NCBI GenBank assembly: GCA_942491805.1
Contig: CALOCG010000039.1
Span: 28 to 64,027 of the forward strand
DNA: 64,000 bases
Direction of reading: 5' to 3'
DNA from: Nitrospinota bacterium
GTDB lineage: Bacteria; Nitrospinota_A; UBA7883; JADGGD01
The position numbers were made by a program, and so were the translations under genes. Each line of letters begins with the position of its first letter. Position 1 is the first letter of the stretch. Below, piece by piece: positions 44,960 to 53,445 of this stretch. The notes under the pieces are model-generated. The model did no database searches, was not told the DNA's origin, and saw only the letters and a list, made by a program, of their open reading frames with translations.

Positions 44960-45862
44960 ATGTTGGATGACGACCGGTTGAACGAATTGATCGCCAAAGC
45001 GGCGGTCTTGCACGAAGCTCTTCCGTACATGCGCTCCTTTGCGGGGAAGACGATTGTCGTCAAATACGGCGGTTCGGCGATGGTGGAAGACGACCTGAAA
45101 TCGTCGTTCGCCCACGATATCGCGTTGCTGAAACAGATCGGCATCAACGTGGTGGTGGTCCACGGTGGCGGCCCGCAGATCGGCAAGACGTTGGCCCGGA
45201 TGAATATCGAATCGACCTTCGTCCAAGGCATGAGGGTGACCGACGAAGAGACGATCAACGTGGTCGAGATGGTGTTGGTCGGCAAGGTGAATAAGGAGAT
45301 CGTGGCCGGCATCAACCGAGCCGGCGGTAAAGCGGTCGGACTCTCCGGCAAGGACGGCGAGCTGATCCAAGCGGAGAAGATGGTGATCGAGACGCGGGGG
45401 CCGGAGGTGAACCGACCGGAGATTATCGATATCGGCATGGTGGGGAAGGTGACCCACATCGAAACGGCGCCGCTCTCTGCGCTGGAGTCGGCGGGTTTCA
45501 TTCCGGTGATCGCGCCGGTGGGGTACGGGGCGAAGGGGGAAACCTATAACATCAACGCCGACTTTGTGGCGGGGGCCGTGGCGGGGGCGTTGAAGGCGGA
45601 TAAGCTGGTGTTGATGACCGATATCTCGGGGATCATGGACGCCGACAAAAAACTGATCTCGCGGTTGACCGAATCGGAGACCCATGAACTTATCGACTCG
45701 GGGGTTATCCACGGGGGGATGCTCCCAAAAGTAGAAGCCTGTTTCACGGCGCTCCGCCGGGGGGTGAAGAAATCGCACATCATCGACGGGCGCATCCGAC
45801 ATGCGGCGTTGCTGGAAATCTTCACGGACGAGGGGATCGGCACGGAAATCCGCCAAGGCTGA
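44960..45862 (+). CDS. argB: acetylglutamate kinase
   Basis: '[21 protein letters not shown]', '[11 protein letters not shown]', '[12 protein letters not shown]'. 300 aa. Confidence 0.93.
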   Translation: MLDDDRLNELIAKAAVLHEALPYMRSFAGKTIVVKYGGSAMVEDDLKSSFAHDIALLKQIGINVVVVHGGGPQIGKTLARMNIESTFVQGMRVTDEETINVVEMVLVGKVNKEIVAGINRAGGKAVGLSGKDGELIQAEKMVIETRGPEVNRPEIIDIGMVGKVTHIETAPLSALESAGFIPVIAPVGYGAKGETYNINADFVAGAVAGALKADKLVLMTDISGIMDADKKLISRLTESETHELIDSGVIHGGMLPKVEACFTALRRGVKKSHIIDGRIRHAALLEIFTDEGIGTEIRQG

Positions 45863-45922
45863 GCCTTGCGGCTCCCTTTATCCTCGCCCTTCCGATTGAC
45901 TACCCGCAGGACGCCAGAACGC

Positions 45923-45986
45923 CCCCAGCGAGGGGCGCGGCCCCAGCGAGGGGCGCGGCCCCAGCGAGGGGCGCGGCCCCAGCGAA
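45923..45986. repeat. 3.6 tandem copies of an 18-bp unit CCCCAGCGAGGGGCGCGG, each junction forming a GGGGC-GCG-GCCCC hairpin
   Basis: Copies at 45923, 45941, 45959 and a partial copy at 45977. Lies 60 nt downstream of the argB stop. Confidence 0.85.
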
Positions 45987-46192
45987 GATCCCGCCAAAGC
46001 TCTCGACGCCTTACCGCTATCTCCATCATCGGCGTCGACCACGAAGGAATGGGGTCAGGTCTTGTATCGCGACATTCCGCAATAGCTCACGCGGCGAACT
46101 CCCCTCCGACCGTCGCTCCCCCGCCGTGCAGACAAAATAGGATTGCCCGCTCGCCAGTCCGTATAATAGAGACGTCAACCAGAGGAGCTTCC

Positions 46193-47374
46193 ATGCGCGT
46201 CAACGCTATCATCGCCGTCACTCTCTCCCTCACCCTCGCCGCCTGCGCCACCGACGGGGCGACGGTCCGCTACGGCGGCGGCCCGTCCATGCAAGAGGCG
46301 TGGCGCCAGCCGTACGACGGCCCGAAAGCGCGATTAGCGGTGGTGAAGGTTGTCGACAAGACGGCGCAAGGGTCGAGCGCCATCGGGACGGGGCTTGCCG
46401 AGATGTTGACGACGGCTCTCTTCCACACGAACCGCTATGTGATGCTGGATCGGTCCGATCTGGCGGCGGTGATCGACGAGCAGGACTTGGCTTCTGCGGG
46501 ACGCGTTTCGCAAGCGACCGCTGCGGCGACGGGGGAGATCGAAGGGGCCGAACTCTTGGTCTTCGGCGCGGTGACCGAGTTTGAGAAGGACGCTATCGGC
46601 GCCGGGGGGATCGTGTTGGGCGCCATCACGTTGGCCGGTTCCATCGCCATCGCGGCGGCCAACGACGACGCCCCCATCGGCATGCTGACCTATACTTCGT
46701 CCCATGTGGCGATGGATCTGAAAATCGTCGATGCGGCGACGGGACGGGTGGTCTACGCAGGGTCGGTGCAGGGGAGCTTCGACAAAATGGGTGGGGGCGT
46801 CATCGGTGCGGTCGGTGGTGGTTCCTCCCGGGTTCCGATCGGTCTCGGAGGATTCGAGGGGACCGGCGTGGAGGAGGCGATACGGAACTGTATCGACGCG
46901 GCGGTGGGGGATATCGTGAACCATACGCCGACCGAATATTACCGAATCGACGAAGGTTCGACAGCGCAGGTGGCGGTGGGGCAGATGCTTCAAGCGACTC
47001 CTCTCGACCTCGGGCCGGCGGCGACGGCGGCTGATATCAAAGGTCCCTCCAAACGAGTGGTCACCGACCAAAAAGGGTATCTCGACCTGATCGTGGCGCT
47101 GAAAGGGGACCCGGCCTTGGCGACCGATGTCGATTTCACCCGGCGCCGGGTGGTGGCGTTTTTCGGTGGCGATAAGGGAACCCCCGACTGGCGAATCGCC
47201 GTGCGGAGGGTGTCGCGGCAAGGGGCGGGGTTGTCGGTGACGGTGGGGCAGGAACAGCTCCCCCGGGTCGTCAAGGCCGAAGGGGAGGAGCCGCAACCGG
47301 TGGGGAGTCGATGGCCCTTTACGGTGGTGATTATCGACGCTCCGCTGAACGTCGCAGAAGTGAACTGGGAATAA
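46193..47374 (+). CDS. CsgG-family lipoprotein with an additional C-terminal domain (PrcB_C-like?)
   Basis: Start trimmed to the ATG at 46193 (AGAGGAG upstream). 'MRVNAIIAVTLSLTLAAC' is a lipoprotein signal. 'LAVVKVVDKTAQGSSAIGTGLAEMLTTALFHTNRYVMLDRSDLAAVIDEQDL' is the CsgG core. The last approximately 150 aa are an extra domain. Confidence 0.75.
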   Translation: MRVNAIIAVTLSLTLAACATDGATVRYGGGPSMQEAWRQPYDGPKARLAVVKVVDKTAQGSSAIGTGLAEMLTTALFHTNRYVMLDRSDLAAVIDEQDLASAGRVSQATAAATGEIEGAELLVFGAVTEFEKDAIGAGGIVLGAITLAGSIAIAAANDDAPIGMLTYTSSHVAMDLKIVDAATGRVVYAGSVQGSFDKMGGGVIGAVGGGSSRVPIGLGGFEGTGVEEAIRNCIDAAVGDIVNHTPTEYYRIDEGSTAQVAVGQMLQATPLDLGPAATAADIKGPSKRVVTDQKGYLDLIVALKGDPALATDVDFTRRRVVAFFGGDKGTPDWRIAVRRVSRQGAGLSVTVGQEQLPRVVKAEGEEPQPVGSRWPFTVVIIDAPLNVAEVNWE

Positions 47375-47481
47375 CCGCCGACGCGGCGGCGCGAAGGGCT
47401 CGCCAAAACCCTCGCCACCTCTCCTTCGCCCGTTCGCGCGCGTCCTGCGCGCAATCCCCGACCGGTTAAGGGCGCCGTGGG

Positions 47482-48036
47482 TTACGCCCGTTCCAACATC
47501 GCCGGGTCGAGTTTTTTCCAGAACTGGGCGAAGTAGTCGATGGCGCTGACGATGGCGAGTAGAGCCGCGATCATGATGCCGATCTGTCCGGCCCAATGAA
47601 ATACCACATTGAAGTCGAGGATAAGAAAAAGAATCGCCGTCACTTCGGCGATCATCTTGTATTTCCCGGTGGCCCCGGCGGCGATATGAATCCCTTGCGC
47701 CGACGCGATCATCCGCAAGCCGGAGACGGCGAACTCTCGCCCGATAATCACGACGACGATCCAGGCCGATACCCGGTCGAGTTCCACCAACGGCACCAAT
47801 GCGGCGACGACGAGGAGTTTGTCGGCGATCGGATCGAGGAGTTTGCCGAGGAGGGTCACTTGATCGGTGACCCGAGCCAGATGCCCGTCGAGCCAGTCGG
47901 TGAAAGCGGCGAGGCCGAAGATCAGCGCCGCCACGACGCACGACCAGAGGGCGGGGGAGATGAGAAGGACGATGATAAGCGGAACGAGGAATATCCGAAA
48001 AAGGGTGATCTTGTTCGGCAGGTTCAGTTCGAGCAT
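47482..48036 (-). CDS. pgsA: CDP-diacylglycerol--glycerol-3-phosphate 3-phosphatidyltransferase
   Basis: 'NLPNKITLFRI', 'FTDWLDGHLAR...GKLLDPIADKLLV' CDP-alcohol phosphatidyltransferase motif. 184 aa. Confidence 0.9.
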   Translation of the reverse strand: MLELNLPNKITLFRIFLVPLIIVLLISPALWSCVVAALIFGLAAFTDWLDGHLARVTDQVTLLGKLLDPIADKLLVVAALVPLVELDRVSAWIVVVIIGREFAVSGLRMIASAQGIHIAAGATGKYKMIAEVTAILFLILDFNVVFHWAGQIGIMIAALLAIVSAIDYFAQFWKKLDPAMLERA

Positions 48037-48114
48037 CGTTTCGTCTCTGTCTCGTAAAAAAAGGGCGGCGAGCTTAACGCTCTCCGCCCCATCATAGCGC
48101 TTTTTTGATTCGCC

Positions 48115-49053
48115 TTAGTTTTCGAGAATATACCGGAAGGGGTTAACCGGCACGCCGTTGAGGAGAACTTCGTAGTGGAGGTGGGGGCCGGTGGATCGCC
48201 CGGTGCTACCGACGAGGGCGACGACATCGCCCCGCTTGATTTTCTGTCCCACCGAGACCAGCACTTTGGAAGTGTGACCGAACTTGGTGACCACCCCATA
48301 GCCGTGGTCGATCTCCAACAAGTTGCCGTAGCCTCGGTCGAATCCGGTACGGATGATAATCCCGCCGGCGGGCGCAATGATCGGGGCCTTCATCTGGGTG
48401 GCGACATCGATCCCTTCGTGCATTTCGCGCAAGCCGGTGAAGGGAGACTGGCGATAGCCGAAGGTCGAAGTGACCCATCCCTTAACCGGCCAGATGGAAG
48501 GGGTGTGGGTCAGAAGCGACGACTGCTCCCGGAAGAACTCGTCGAGTTCGAAGAAGGAGACCTCCTGCGACTCGGCCTGATTTTTGATCTGGTCGAGGTC
48601 TTTGTCGAGGGCGTCGATAAGGGAGCGGGTATAGGCTTTGGAGGCGTGGGACAGGTCGAGGGAGTCCATATCGCGGATGGGGCCGCCGGCGCCGAACTCG
48701 ACCGAGGAAGTGGGCTGTTTTTCAAGGGCGGTGATGACCCTCAGTTTTTTGTCGAAACGGTCGAGCCGGGCCAACTGCCCTTCGACCTGTTTCATTTTCT
48801 GGGCGAACCGCTCGATCTCGGTTTTGTGTTCGGCGGTGGTGATGCGCAGTTCTTGCAACTCGACCAGCTCGGCCGATTTCTCCATGACGGTCCATGCGAA
48901 CCACGAGAAGGAGGCGGCGAAGACGACGGCCAGTCCGATAACCCCTTTCACCAGGGAACGAGGGATCGAGAAGCGCATAAACTTCCCGGTCACGTCCGGC
49001 ACGAAGATGAACGTGTACTTCTTGCTCAGCAGACTCGATAGTTTGCCCATCAT
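48115..49053 (-). CDS. M23 family metallopeptidase (murein DD-endopeptidase, EnvC/NlpD-like) with coiled-coil region
   Basis: N-terminal TM helix, coiled coil, 'HEGIDVA' and 'GSTGRSTGPHLHYEV' (HxxxD / HxH M23 motifs). Confidence 0.88.
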   Translation of the reverse strand: MMGKLSSLLSKKYTFIFVPDVTGKFMRFSIPRSLVKGVIGLAVVFAASFSWFAWTVMEKSAELVELQELRITTAEHKTEIERFAQKMKQVEGQLARLDRFDKKLRVITALEKQPTSSVEFGAGGPIRDMDSLDLSHASKAYTRSLIDALDKDLDQIKNQAESQEVSFFELDEFFREQSSLLTHTPSIWPVKGWVTSTFGYRQSPFTGLREMHEGIDVATQMKAPIIAPAGGIIIRTGFDRGYGNLLEIDHGYGVVTKFGHTSKVLVSVGQKIKRGDVVALVGSTGRSTGPHLHYEVLLNGVPVNPFRYILEN

Positions 49054-49232
49054 TCTTTCTCAGCGCTCTCATATAAGACGGATATAACCGGAGACTCAGG
49101 AACCGCCGGAAGACCGAAACCCCTCTTCGACGGCAGTAAGACGCAACCCCTATTTTCTAGTCGCTTTCTCCCGACCTGTCAAGGACTTTGGGTAAAATAC
49201 GGCTCCTTTTTCCGCCTCGAACCGATCCTCAT

Positions 49233-49724
49233 TCAGCGACGGGTCGGCCTCGGCTTAGGAGGAGACGCTTTATCGTGAATGGTAAAGCGGTCGTCCATCG
49301 GCACGAAAAGATCGGCCGCATCCCGAATCAGATCGGAGCAGGTCTCGGGATACGACCAGACTTCCACCTTGCATCCCCGGTTTTTCAGGTACCAGATGAG
49401 GGGCATATAGTCTTTGTCCCCCCCCACCAACACCACCACGTCGAGCTTCTCCGACAAGGTGACCGCATCGATGGCCAGCCACGCGTCGGCGTTTTTGATC
49501 GGTTGCTTGATCTCGCCCCCCATATTGGTCCAGAACCGGCGAAAATCTTCGCTGATGGGCTTATGGATCGGCTTGTAGTAGATGATCCGGGTGATCTCTC
49601 GCTTGCCGACTTCTTCGATCAGCAAGGAATAATTGGTTCGCCCGCCATAGATGTTGTATCCCGACATTTCGGCGTTTTCGGCGTCGATGAAGACACCCAC
49701 TTTTTGATAGACCAGACTGGTCAT
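49233..49724 (-). CDS. NYN domain (LabA/DUF88-like) protein
   Basis: 'VGVFIDAENA...', 'AWLAIDAVTLSEKLDVVVLVGGDKDYMPLIWYLKNRGCKVEVW' are typical LabA-like NYN motifs. Confidence 0.75.
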   Translation of the reverse strand: MTSLVYQKVGVFIDAENAEMSGYNIYGGRTNYSLLIEEVGKREITRIIYYKPIHKPISEDFRRFWTNMGGEIKQPIKNADAWLAIDAVTLSEKLDVVVLVGGDKDYMPLIWYLKNRGCKVEVWSYPETCSDLIRDAADLFVPMDDRFTIHDKASPPKPRPTRR

Positions 49725-49819
49725 GCGCTGGAGTTTTCCTTTTCGTCACTCGTGGCCGACAAAAGAGACCATAAGATCGGCCCCGAGAGAGGGTTATCTC
49801 ATTGAATTACGCTGTCAAT

Positions 49820-49838
49820 TTAGCATAATTAATGCTAA
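49820..49838. promoter_or_regulatory. palindrome TTAGCAT-AATTA-ATGCTAA in the divergent NYN / ATP-grasp intergenic region
   Basis: 7-bp perfect arms in an AT-rich 150-bp spacer, 39 nt upstream of the ATP-grasp ATG. Confidence 0.4.
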
Positions 49839-49876
49839 TTTCACAATCATTATACGTATTCGACAAGGAATGCCCC

Positions 49877-50869
49877 ATGACCGCCCCCGCTCGGCCGATG
49901 AATATCTTGGTTACCGCCGCCTCCCGACGGGTGGCGATGGTGAAAGGATTCGTCAAAGCGCTCGCGAACCTCGGCGTTCCCGGCGCGGTCCATGTGACCG
50001 ACACCGACCCCCTTTCGGCGGGATTACGATTCGCCCACAAAGCCCATCTGGTCCCCTTTTCCGACTCTCCGGCCTATCTTCCCCGACTTCTGGATATCTG
50101 CCGGGAAGAACATATCCGCCTCGTGGTCCCGACCATCGACGAAGAGCTGATCCATTTCGGCTCGTGGAAAGAAGAGTTTTCGCGCAACGGAGTCACGCCG
50201 TTGGTCAGCGACTCTTCCGTAGGGCGCATCTGCCGCGATAAATATCAGACCGCCCTCTGGTTCGAGAAAAACGGCTTTCCCTTCGCAACCTCGTGGCTGC
50301 CGGAAGAGCTCGACGCCGCCACGGCCCACTACCCCCTCTTTATAAAGCCGAGAAAGGGGCGGGGTTCGGTCGGTATTCATGTCATCAACAATGAACGTGA
50401 ACTACAGTTCTTCACCGACTACGTGGAAGACCCGATCATCCAGACCTTCCTCCCCGGCGCCGAGTTCACCGTCGATGTGCTGGCCGGGCTCGATGGGCGG
50501 ATACTCTCGGTGGTCCCCCGCCAACGGATGGTCATCCGCTCGGGGGTCTGCGACCGGGGGCAGACCGTTATGGACAAAAAGATGATCGATCTGTCGGTCG
50601 AGATATCCGAACGGTTGCAGGTGATCGGCCCGATCAATCTGCAGCTAAAAAAATATAAAGACCACATGACCTTTTTCGAGATCAATCCCCGCTTTTCTGG
50701 CGCCATACAGCTCACCGTCGCCTCCGGGGCCGATTTCTTCGGCGCCATCGTGGAGGAGGCTTTGGGACGAAAGCCGGCGCCGACCATCGGCCAGTTCAAA
50801 CCGGGGGTCGTCATGATGAGTTACGAAGAGAGCCTCTTCGAACATAAAGGAACGCGGATTGATCCCTGA
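49877..50869 (+). CDS. ATP-grasp domain enzyme (short carbamoyl-phosphate-synthase-L-like / PylC-like ligase)
   Basis: Start trimmed to the ATG at 49877. 'NILVTAASRRVAMVKGF', 'PLFIKPRKGRGSVGI', 'INLQLKKYKDHMTFFEINPRFSG' form an ATP-grasp layout. Confidence 0.75.
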   Translation: MTAPARPMNILVTAASRRVAMVKGFVKALANLGVPGAVHVTDTDPLSAGLRFAHKAHLVPFSDSPAYLPRLLDICREEHIRLVVPTIDEELIHFGSWKEEFSRNGVTPLVSDSSVGRICRDKYQTALWFEKNGFPFATSWLPEELDAATAHYPLFIKPRKGRGSVGIHVINNERELQFFTDYVEDPIIQTFLPGAEFTVDVLAGLDGRILSVVPRQRMVIRSGVCDRGQTVMDKKMIDLSVEISERLQVIGPINLQLKKYKDHMTFFEINPRFSGAIQLTVASGADFFGAIVEEALGRKPAPTIGQFKPGVVMMSYEESLFEHKGTRIDP

Positions 50870-52871
50870 CCCCCGCCGCTCTTCCCTCCCCACGTTCATC
50901 GCCGTTACCCTCTTGACCCTCTTCCCCGCAAACGGCTGGGGGGAGGAGCCCGACCGGGCCACCTATTTCGACGAAGTGGAGGTGGTCGGCGACCGGGAGC
51001 CTTCCAAAGTGGGGCGAACCACCATCGACGGTCAGGAGCTCTCTCGCATACCGGGGGCCGGGGGTGATCCTTTAAGAGCCGCCATCGCCCTCCCCGGCGT
51101 CACCACCGGCTCCGACGTCTCGGCCAACCCGGCGGTGCGGGGATCGGGGCCGCAAGACAACCAAAGCTTCGTCGACCGTATCCCCCTCTCCTACCTCTTC
51201 CACATGGGGGGGATGACCGGCGTTCTTCCCGCCGACATGGTGGAACGGTTCACCCTCTACGCCGCCGCCTTCGGCCCCGAGTTCGGCGACGCCACCGGCG
51301 CCGTCTTCGACGTGGTTTTGCGCGACCCGAAAGAAGATCGCCTCCACACGTCGCTCTCGGCCAGCATGCTGGAGGCCGACCTGCTGATGGAAGGGCCGGT
51401 AGGGAAGAACGGAGGAATCGCCGCCAGCCTGCGCCGTAGCTATATCGACCTCTTCCTCCCCAAAAGCGGCGACGCCGGAAAAGGGGTCACCTATCGGCAG
51501 TTCCCGCAATACAGCGACTATCTCGTGAAAGGGGTCTACCGCCTCACCGACGACCATACCTTCTCGCTCCTGATCGACGGGGCGCGGGACGAGATGAAGC
51601 TCGACATCACCGAAGAGGCGCCCTTCGCCGCCCACGACCCGGTCTTGGCCGGTTCTTTCGCCCTGTCGCAAGAGTTCCACCAGCAGGGGGGAACGGTGAC
51701 GTCGCATCTCGGGGAGGCCACCAATCGGCTCACCCTCTCTCACGCCACCCACGACATCGACCAACGTCTGGAGAACTTGGGGCACGCTCTGGTCACCGTC
51801 GAGAGCCGACGACTTCGGGAACGGTTCGACCTCCCCCTCGGCGACCGGCATCGGGTCACCGTCGGCGCCGACGTCACCGCCTCCACCGTCGACCTCGATC
51901 TCGACCTGCCGCGAAAACTCCCCAACGACTACGAAGCCGACGTCGATTTCACCACCTCCCCCCGCGCCCGATATCGGGGGAGTATCGAAGGGATGGGGTA
52001 CGCCCTCTTCGTGAAAGACCGGTGGGAGGTGATCGACCGGCTGACCCTCGTCCTCGGCGGACGGTACGAATATGGCGACTACCTCGATCAGGCCGATCTG
52101 ATGCCCCGGCTCGGGGTCGAATGGAACGTCACCGACCGGACGCTCCTGATGGCCGGGTGGGGAACCTATCGACAAGACCCGCAAGGGTTCGAGATGATCG
52201 ACGCTTTCGGCAACCCGAACCTAGTCCGGACCGAGGCGATCCATACGGTCATCGGCGCAGAGCAGACCTTCGACGACGGCTGGACGGTGAAGGGAGAGCT
52301 CTATAACAAAGCGTTCGACCGACTGGTGACCCCCGACAAAGAGCTCCGCTACGTCAACGGCGGTTCCGGGAACGCACGCGGCGGCGAACTGCTGGTCAAA
52401 CGGGACGGCGAACTGTGGTCGGGGTGGCTCTCGGTCGCCTACGCCAAGACCCAGCGGCGCAACGACGTCACCGGCGAGCGGTTCGACTACGCCTACGACC
52501 AGCCGCTCATCGTCAACGCCGTCGGATCGTGGACGTTCGCCGAACGGTGGAGCGCTGGCTTCCGATGGCGCTACCAGTCGGGGGCGCCGACGACGCCGGT
52601 GACCGGAACCTACGTCGCCGACGACGGACGGGTCCGACCGGTCTACGGCCCGCTCGGTTCGGAACGACTCCCCGACTATCATCGGCTCGATCTACGGATC
52701 GACCGGACGACGGAACATGAGAGCTGGACGATGGTCTGGTTCCTCGAAGTGATCAACGCCTATGGGCGAAAGAACGTTTCGGGCTATTCGTACAACGTAG
52801 ACTACTCCGAACGGGAGCCGGTGAACCAGTTGCCGATGTTCCCCTCGTTCGGCGTCTCGGCCCGGTTCTAG
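50859..52871 (+). CDS. TonB-dependent outer-membrane receptor
   Basis: Signal peptide, plug 'GAGGDPLRAAIALPGV', long beta-barrel, terminal '...FGVSARF'. TTG start with AAGGA upstream. Overlaps the ATP-grasp gene by 11 nt. Confidence 0.85.
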   Translation: MIPDPRRSSLPTFIAVTLLTLFPANGWGEEPDRATYFDEVEVVGDREPSKVGRTTIDGQELSRIPGAGGDPLRAAIALPGVTTGSDVSANPAVRGSGPQDNQSFVDRIPLSYLFHMGGMTGVLPADMVERFTLYAAAFGPEFGDATGAVFDVVLRDPKEDRLHTSLSASMLEADLLMEGPVGKNGGIAASLRRSYIDLFLPKSGDAGKGVTYRQFPQYSDYLVKGVYRLTDDHTFSLLIDGARDEMKLDITEEAPFAAHDPVLAGSFALSQEFHQQGGTVTSHLGEATNRLTLSHATHDIDQRLENLGHALVTVESRRLRERFDLPLGDRHRVTVGADVTASTVDLDLDLPRKLPNDYEADVDFTTSPRARYRGSIEGMGYALFVKDRWEVIDRLTLVLGGRYEYGDYLDQADLMPRLGVEWNVTDRTLLMAGWGTYRQDPQGFEMIDAFGNPNLVRTEAIHTVIGAEQTFDDGWTVKGELYNKAFDRLVTPDKELRYVNGGSGNARGGELLVKRDGELWSGWLSVAYAKTQRRNDVTGERFDYAYDQPLIVNAVGSWTFAERWSAGFRWRYQSGAPTTPVTGTYVADDGRVRPVYGPLGSERLPDYHRLDLRIDRTTEHESWTMVWFLEVINAYGRKNVSGYSYNVDYSEREPVNQLPMFPSFGVSARF

Positions 52872-52886
52872 CGGCTGGCGGAAAGG

Positions 52887-53429
52887 TTATCGGCGAACCG
52901 ACGGAGGAAAGACGATCCCCGCCCAGTCGGTCGATCCGGTAGCCTCGACCACCAGCTTCCGCAAAGGTTCGACGCCTTCCATCGTCAGCATCCCCTCCCC
53001 CATGGCGAGGAGGGCGGTCATACTCACGCCGCCGCAAAAGACGAGATAGCGCCTCCGGTCGGTCTCGTCGCAAACGGCCACGAAATCGCTCCGGTAGCGG
53101 CCCCCCTCTTTACTGAAGGCGATCAACGGCTCGTTCCCGTTGGCCCGCACCTCGGGTCGTCCCGACCGGGCGTCGAGAAGGAGGAGGCGGAAGTTGATCA
53201 GGTCGTTCCCCCCGCGGGCGTTGAGCCCTTCCCAAAGGGTATCCAGCGGCGGCGCCCCCGTAGGCGACGACACCTGTTCGTCGAGCCACGCGAAGGTCTC
53301 CTCGATAACGGCGCCCCCCATGTCGACGTAAAAGATCGACATGGCGCACGCAAGGAGACCGTCGGGGCTGACCCAGACCTCCCTCCCTCGCACGTGGCCG
53401 GGGGAGATCTTCAGAAAATAACCGACCAT
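52887..53429 (-). CDS. hypothetical protein (180 aa)
   Basis: Track ORF with GC-rich third positions and no recognisable motif. Convergent with the TonB-dependent receptor gene. Confidence 0.45.
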   Translation of the reverse strand: MVGYFLKISPGHVRGREVWVSPDGLLACAMSIFYVDMGGAVIEETFAWLDEQVSSPTGAPPLDTLWEGLNARGGNDLINFRLLLLDARSGRPEVRANGNEPLIAFSKEGGRYRSDFVAVCDETDRRRYLVFCGGVSMTALLAMGEGMLTMEGVEPLRKLVVEATGSTDWAGIVFPPSVRR

Positions 53430-53445
53430 CGTTTTCCCCTTTCGG

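Noticed and set aside
45866-46192. N-terminal 109 codons of track ORF 45866..47374, including 'RGARPQ' peptide repeats, as part of the CsgG-like protein
   Set aside because: The peptide repeat is just the translation of the 18-bp DNA tandem repeat. A proper SD (AGAGGAG) and ATG at 46193 are followed immediately by a lipoprotein signal peptide, so the gene starts there.
3165-47941. Very long ORFs in the track opposite known genes (for example 3165..4190 +, 4856..6526 -, 14265..15899 +, 21328..22671 +, 26725..27762 +, 32911..34410 +, 34196..35692 +, 37408..39213 +, 44684..45856 -, 46334..47941 -)
   Set aside because: Each lies antisense to, or out of frame with, a gene that has strong family motifs. 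Their products are Arg/Gly/Pro/His-rich low-complexity strings without motifs. Such shadow ORFs are expected in GC-rich DNA because stop codons are rare.
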